A stretch of 64,000 nucleotides of DNA from Longimicrobiales bacterium (GTDB lineage: Bacteria > Gemmatimonadota > Gemmatimonadetes > Longimicrobiales > Gaopeijiaceae), in the NCBI GenBank assembly GCA_965226925.1, contig CBDDEN010000007.1, forward strand, positions 199,998 through 263,997, given 5' to 3'. This document shows, piece by piece, positions 58,840 through 64,000 of this stretch (position 1 is its first letter; each line of letters starts with the position of its first letter). A program made the translations under genes and the position numbers. Under the pieces are notes generated by a model that saw only the letters and a list, made by a program, of their open reading frames with translations, searched no databases and had not been told where the DNA came from.

Positions 58840-61800
58840 GTTTCCGGCCTTCCGAGACAGAGCCCGATAATACTCGTCCACGAGCTTGCGGAAGCCCGTC
58901 GGGACTTCGTCGGAACCCGAGACGAAGACCCGATCACGATGGTCGCCCTCCAACTCTCGCCGGAGCCCGAACTCCAGCTGCTTGAGTCCCTCCAGAATTT
59001 GCGCCTGGAGTCGTTCAACTTCGGCCAAGTCCGAGTACACGCGCTCGCTGTCCAATTCCCTAAGGGCCGAAACGACCTCGTCTAGTCGACGTCCGTCGAG
59101 GGCCTCGAGATCCTCCTGCGCCAGAAGGCGCTGCAGCTCCTGGGTTTCTTGAACCCGTTCCCGGATCTCTCGGCGGAACTGACGGACGTCGCCGGGCGAG
59201 ACGCTGCCGGGTCGACGACCTCCTCCACCTCCGTCGGGTGTGCCGAACCCGCCCTGGTTTCCGCCGCCCTGGCCTTGCCCTTGTTGGCCGTCTTGTCCCT
59301 GCCCTTGCCCTTGCCCTTGCCCTTGCCCTTGCCCTTCTCCCTGCCCTTCTCCCTGCCCTTGCCCCTGGCCCTGGCCCTGTCCTTCACCTTGGCCTTCGCC
59401 TTGCCCTTGCCCCTGGCCTTCGCCTTGCCCCTGGCCTTCCTGGCCCTGACCCTCACCTTGTCCTTGTGGTTGCTCTCCCTGGGACTCTCCCTGCTGCCCC
59501 TGGCCCTGCCGGTCTCGGTCGCCCCGCTCCCCCAGGCGTCGTGACATCGACTCCATGCCGCGGACCAGGTCCCGGGCCCGATCCAGAGCCTCCGTCCGCT
59601 TGTCTTCCTCCACATCTCCAACGGCCCCCACGGCACGCTCGAGGCGTTCCTGGAGTTCGTCGAGCCCCCGCTGAGTCTCGGACTCGAACTGCCGTGTATA
59701 GTCCTGGTCTCCCGTTCCGATGAGCCCACGAGAGTACCGCACTCGCTCCTTGAGCTTGTTGTCACGGATGGAGTTGGCGGCGTCGCCCAGTCGCTCGGCG
59801 GCCTCTCGCTGGTTTGCGCGCGCGTCGGCACTCAGTCGATCGATCTGCCCTTCGAGATCTCCGAGTTCCTGGGTCATGGCTTCCTTGCGCTCGAACAGAC
59901 GCCTCGCCGACTCCTGCAGTGCCGCTCCCTCCTGGTCGTTCAGCCGGTCCAACTGCTGCTGTATCTCGCGCTGCTCATCGGCCAGCGCTTGTGCACGCCT
60001 CGACGCGTCCTCGGCGTCTTCACGCAGCCGGTCGACACGGTCGCGTTCCAATCGACGGCGGGCGTCCTCGAGCCGGTCGAGAGAGGACGTAGCGTCTGCC
60101 GCGCCCGCGTTGCCGGTCGAGGCTGCCGAACGGCGCATCTCGTCTGCGGCCTTCTGAAGCTCCCGTGAGGCCTCCATCAGCCGCGCATCGTCGGTCTCTC
60201 GAGCCAGCCGCTCCAGCTGCCGAGCGGCTCGCTCCGTCTCATCCGCGAGTTCGCGCTGACCCCGCGAGTCGGCTCCTCCCGACCCACCCTGCTGGGTCGC
60301 GGCGCGACGCTGACGCTCTGCCTGCTGTTGCTGCCTCCTGGCCAGTTCCTTGAGCTTCTCGAGGGTCTCGTCGACCTGCTCGGCCGCCTGCTGGCGCTCG
60401 CCCCGCTCCAGGGTCTCGTACTGGGTCTTGAGCTTGTCTAGCTCGAGCTCGAAGAGGTCGGCGAGGTCTTCAGCCGAGGCACAGCCACCCCCGCCCCCAC
60501 CGCCCCCTTGCTGTCCACCCTGCTGCACGACCGCCTCATAGGTCTCCTCCGCCTTCTGCAGGTGGAGAAGGGCCTTTTGCTCGGGCGAGATGGCTTCCTT
60601 CGGCTCACCGTCACCCAGAATTCTCTCGGCGTTCTCCATTTCCCCGAGCGCCTGGGGGAGGAGCTCCGCGATGCGCTGGAACTGGGGGTCCGCCCCCATT
60701 CCACGGGCGAGGAGCCGCTCCAAGAGACCCGCGACCTGTCCGCGGACCCGAGCCTGGGCGAGTCGCACGCTAACCACGTTTTCGTCGAACTCGCTCTCCG
60801 GGATCTCTCCCTTGTCCCGGACGAGGTTGAAGGTCGCCGCCACGATCTGGCGCTGGAGGTCCGAGAGGCCCTCTTCTTCCATGCCACCGCCACCTCCGCC
60901 CCCGGCCTGCTCACCTTGGCGGGAATCGATGCGGAAGGGACGGATCTGCACGAAGTAGATATCACTGGTGACCGTGCGGACCCCCGTGGACCGGTTGTTG
61001 TCCGTCGCCTGGGCGTAGTACGAAACCAGATCGCCGGGCTCGAGCTCCAGCTCCTCCAGGTACACGGTGTGTGCCGCCGTCACCTCGGGCGCGGGGCGAC
61101 TGTCGTAAAGGGCGATGGTGTCCTCGGGCTCCCCGTTGGCCGAGTAGATCAGAAGCAACTGCGAGATACCGTAGTCGTCGTCGGCCTTGGCCTCGAGGAA
61201 CAACTCCTCGACGGGGCTCGCCCTGGTATCACGTCCGGGCTTCGAGAACGAAACCGACGGCGGCTGGTCGGTCAGCACGTCTATGGTGTACTTGGGCGAA
61301 GCCGGGACCAGATCGCCGTCGGCTCGGGCCAGCTCGACCTCATAATACCCTTCCCGTTCCACCTCGAGGGTGCCGAGCCACGTTCCGTCTCCCGCGTCGG
61401 TGAGTTGTGCGGCCTCACCGTTCACGAGAAGACGCCCACCCGATGTGAGCATGGTGGGGAAGACCTTCACCCTCACCTCGGTCCCCTCGAGTGCCGCGAT
61501 GTCGCCGCCACCCTCCACCGTGCGCACGGCGAGCCCCGTGTACACCGGGAAGTGATACTCCAGCTCGAGGCGGTCCACATAAGGAAGATCGGCCACCTCG
61601 ATGCGATGGGTAGCCGAGCGGATGCCCGCAGACTCCACGAAGTACTCGGTGTTCTCGTTTAGGCCGAGCAGGAGGAGCTCGAACCCTTCGGTTCCGGCGG
61701 GGAGCATCGAGAGTTCGTCGAACACCTGCGGGAGCATCGAGAGTTGGTCGAAAGCGTCGGACGATTCGGACTTGAAGAAGATACGAACCTCGTCACTGTC

Positions 61801-62469
61801 GAACCCGGCGAGTTGGACAGCCACAAGCTGATCCGACCCCCGAGCTATGGTCACGTCGCCCGGCTCCACGTTGATCGAATACGGGTTCACGGTGCCGGCG
61901 TCGCGGGTCGGGAAGAGAAGCGCCGACGCACCGTGGCGGAGTTGTGCCGGTCCGAAGAGCATGAGGATCAGCGTGGCCAGGGCCGCCGCAGCCAGAGCGC
62001 CCGACGCTCGATAGAGCCCCTTCTGCTCGATTCTCCGCCCGTAGTCCACCTTCCGGACTCGATCCAGGGCATTGTCAACCAGGCCACGCTCGAGGGCATC
62101 GGACGTTCCGACGCCGCCCTTGCCGGCTTCCAAGGCGCTCAAGACGGCCGCCTCGAGGGAGGGCTCGTTCTCCTCCAGGTAGAGGGCCGCCTGTTCGTCG
62201 GAAACCCGACGTGCGAGTGGCCAAGCGAGAAAGCGGGCAACGAGGCCGATGACGGCTAGCCAGAGGAGGATGCGAAGCGACACCACCGCCGGGGCGCTGA
62301 ATCGGAAGAGCTCGAGACCGTAGACCGAGATGAGGAAAGCCGCCAGGCTCGCCCCCAAGACGACGGCCATGCCTCGCATCGCGACGCGCGTGCGCCAGCG
62401 TCGCCGAATCCGGTCGATTACACGAAGGATCTCTGCGTGGCGAGAAGCCTTGTGTCTACCCTTGTGCAT
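58837..62469 (-). CDS. Large membrane-anchored coiled-coil protein with a GQ/GE low-complexity region (DUF4175-like, BatA-operon associated)
   Basis: The ATG at 62469 follows GGGAGGGAG. There are two N-terminal TM helices, long Q/E/R-rich helical regions, and a (GQ)n/(GE)n tract. Confidence 0.7.
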   Translation of the reverse strand: MHKGRHKASRHAEILRVIDRIRRRWRTRVAMRGMAVVLGASLAAFLISVYGLELFRFSAPAVVSLRILLWLAVIGLVARFLAWPLARRVSDEQAALYLEENEPSLEAAVLSALEAGKGGVGTSDALERGLVDNALDRVRKVDYGRRIEQKGLYRASGALAAAALATLILMLFGPAQLRHGASALLFPTRDAGTVNPYSINVEPGDVTIARGSDQLVAVQLAGFDSDEVRIFFKSESSDAFDQLSMLPQVFDELSMLPAGTEGFELLLLGLNENTEYFVESAGIRSATHRIEVADLPYVDRLELEYHFPVYTGLAVRTVEGGGDIAALEGTEVRVKVFPTMLTSGGRLLVNGEAAQLTDAGDGTWLGTLEVEREGYYEVELARADGDLVPASPKYTIDVLTDQPPSVSFSKPGRDTRASPVEELFLEAKADDDYGISQLLLIYSANGEPEDTIALYDSRPAPEVTAAHTVYLEELELEPGDLVSYYAQATDNNRSTGVRTVTSDIYFVQIRPFRIDSRQGEQAGGGGGGGMEEEGLSDLQRQIVAATFNLVRDKGEIPESEFDENVVSVRLAQARVRGQVAGLLERLLARGMGADPQFQRIAELLPQALGEMENAERILGDGEPKEAISPEQKALLHLQKAEETYEAVVQQGGQQGGGGGGGGCASAEDLADLFELELDKLKTQYETLERGERQQAAEQVDETLEKLKELARRQQQQAERQRRAATQQGGSGGADSRGQRELADETERAARQLERLARETDDARLMEASRELQKAADEMRRSAASTGNAGAADATSSLDRLEDARRRLERDRVDRLREDAEDASRRAQALADEQREIQQQLDRLNDQEGAALQESARRLFERKEAMTQELGDLEGQIDRLSADARANQREAAERLGDAANSIRDNKLKERVRYSRGLIGTGDQDYTRQFESETQRGLDELQERLERAVGAVGDVEEDKRTEALDRARDLVRGMESMSRRLGERGDRDRQGQGQQGESQGEQPQGQGEGQGQEGQGQGEGQGQGQGEGQGEGQGQGQGQGQGEGQGEGQGQGQGQGQGQGQDGQQGQGQGGGNQGGFGTPDGGGGGRRPGSVSPGDVRQFRREIRERVQETQELQRLLAQEDLEALDGRRLDEVVSALRELDSERVYSDLAEVERLQAQILEGLKQLEFGLRRELEGDHRDRVFVSGSDEVPTGFRKLVDEYYRALSRKAGN
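59240..59470 (-). repeat. Hexanucleotide-type coding microsatellite (GCCCTT/GCCCTG units) encoding GQGQGEGQ repeats
   Basis: The plus strand reads ccttgcccttgcccttgcccttgccc...ggccctggccctg. The translation is ..QGQGEGQGQEGQGQGEGQGQGQGEGQGEGQGQGQGQGQGEGQGEGQGQGQGQGQGQGQ.. Confidence 0.8.
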
Positions 62470-64000
62470 ACTCCCTCCCCTCCTCGAATCTCTTCGTCGC
62501 ACCGCGAGAAAGCCAGTTCGACACGGCGGTCTCGGTCAACAACAGGATCAGCGCCCCGATCAGTAGCAATCGCCAGAGCGACTGTCGACGTTCCTGATCC
62601 TGTGCCCTGACCTCGGCGGGCAGCAGGCCCGCGACGGCCGCGTCGGCGTCGGCCTCCCTCGGCGCTACCGACCCCGCCAACTCACTCGGATCCATCGAAT
62701 CCAGTTCAGATTCGGACACGTCTACGTTCACGGCGACGGTGAACGGCCGCGTCGGGTCCGAGCCGGGCTCCCGGACCTGATAGAAGCCCTGCTCCTCGAG
62801 CACCAGGAATCGCGCCTCCTCTCCCGGGGGCATCGAAACGTTACCACCTCTCGGCGTGAGCGCGATTTGCTCCACGTCCGGTGACAGCTCCCCTTCCAGC
62901 CCCGTAGCGAACGCCGCGCCCTCGGGATTCGTAAGGTCAAGCACCTGACCCGCCGAGAACCACGGTACACGTTCCCGGTGCCCCCCGAGGTACCTGACGA
63001 GCTGATGCATGAAGGGTAGGAAGACCGGCTGTACGGACAGATCGTTCCAAAACGCATCCAGCGTACTGGCCCATACCAAGACACGGCCCCGGCCTATCCT
63101 GCGTTCGACCAGGGCCACCGACCCGTCGTCGAATCGTGCCAGAACCTGATCCTCAGACGGGGTGCGTGTAGTCCAGGAATCCGAGACGGGCGACGCGCAC
63201 GTGGTCGGTCGCCGCTCCGAACCTACCCGGCAGCAGATCCTCCATGCCCGCTTGCCAGGCGCTCCGCTCTCCGAGCACGAACAGCACACCTCCGCCCTCC
63301 TCCACGAACCGTCTCAGCCGCTCCGAGACCGTCCCTTGTGGGAGAAGAACGTCGTTGAATATCACGACGGCCGTCGCGTCCAGATCTGCGGTGCCGACGT
63401 TCGTTGAGCGGCGCACGTCGACCTGAAACGCCGCCTCCTCGCTGATCTCCAGGGCACGCTGCATGTAGAGGCTGGCCTCGGAGCGGGCGCCGGTGCCCTC
63501 CAGGACAACGGTGCGCAGGGCGCTGCCTGGAGAGAGCACGAAGTGAAGCACGTTGTCTTGCGGCAGCTCGTCGGGGCCGAGGCGGACCGTACCGCGCGTA
63601 TAGGATTCCGCGAGGGTGAACGCGTCGAACGCCACCGTGGCCGACCCGGTCGGGTCCAGGCGGACGCTCCGGGATTGCACCTCCTGGCCGTCGATTTCGA
63701 GTACGACCGGTACGTCGACGGGCTCGTCGCCCCCGCGACGCGTGACGGACGCCACGGTCGCGTTGGGGGTCTCTTCGTCGGAAATCTCGTGTGTGTTCAC
63801 GACCGTCCCACGAGGAAACCTCACCCCTTCGTCTCCGGACCAGCCAGCGCGCTGGAAGTCGCTGATGATGGCGACCTCCAGGTTCGCGAAGTCGGACTCT
63901 TCCAAGATCGTTTGAGCGAGCTTGAGTCCGGGCCCGAACCGGGTGCCATACGCGCTGACACCGGCGGTGTCCAAGGCGGCGATCAGTCGCTGGTGATCCG
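62456..64000 (-). pseudogene. BatA-like / VWA-associated membrane protein (aerotolerance-operon type), N-terminus outside the window, 1-nt frameshift
   Basis: ORFs 63153..63974 (open to the window end) and 62456..63289 belong together. The junction ..ARLGFLDYTHP(V*) becomes ..THPSEDQVLARFDDGSVALVERRIGRGRVLVWAS.. if one C is removed from the CCCC run (plus-strand gggg at 63158-63161). A C-terminal TM helix is present. Confidence 0.6.

Noticed and set aside
58804-59470. The tandem repeats checked as a possible CRISPR array.
   Set aside because: There are only two 17-nt units with a 2-nt spacer, plus a coding hexanucleotide microsatellite. No repeat-spacer architecture is present, and there are no cas genes in the window.
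59082-60965. Multiple ORFs in both strands over the GQ-repeat and coiled-coil region (for example 59082..59831 and 59238..59723).
   Set aside because: They are low-complexity alternative frames of the 1210-aa DUF4175-like gene.

Overview
This is 64 kb of high-G+C bacterial chromosome. One ordinary line I hand-counted (from 55021) was 41/60 G+C. Gram-negative hallmarks are present: an outer-membrane beta-barrel protein ending in F, lipoboxes and a Tat signal. The gene content includes an M20 peptidase, two c-type cytochromes, Fpg/Nei-type and AlkA-type DNA glycosylases, and PadR. It also includes a PaoABC-like periplasmic molybdo-flavoenzyme operon with a cytochrome b, a kinase-M23-aminotransferase fusion, copper genes (DUF411, CopZ), and a penicillin-acylase-family hydrolase. 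Further along are a giant secreted metalloprotease, a CcdA/TlpA/peroxiredoxin thiol-redox cluster, an MMPL transporter, EttA, HemY/HemH, and a BatA-like/DUF4175-like operon running off the right edge. Mobile DNA is unusually dense. There is an intact IS5-family element with a target duplication and an IS5-like remnant. A group IIC intron sits right after a terminator hairpin. There are also an IS630-family element in a CTAG site, an IS3-family element with a GGGAAAC slippery site, and a 2.6-kb low-GC IS1595-family transposon carrying a passenger gene. About a dozen genes are interrupted. Five interruptions are 1-nt indels inside homopolymers, so they may be sequencing artefacts. The others (IS insertions, truncations, 25-nt and 46-nt local duplications, an in-frame TAG) cannot be explained that way. 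The best candidate for unannotated biology is a secreted peroxiredoxin whose peroxidatic Cys position is an in-frame TGA followed by a hairpin, which suggests a selenoprotein. Next is the IS1595 passenger, an uncharacterised 492-aa membrane-anchored protein with a classical-spacing C2H2 zinc-finger motif. I found no rRNA, tRNA or CRISPR array by eye. All homology calls come from motif recognition, not from searches.
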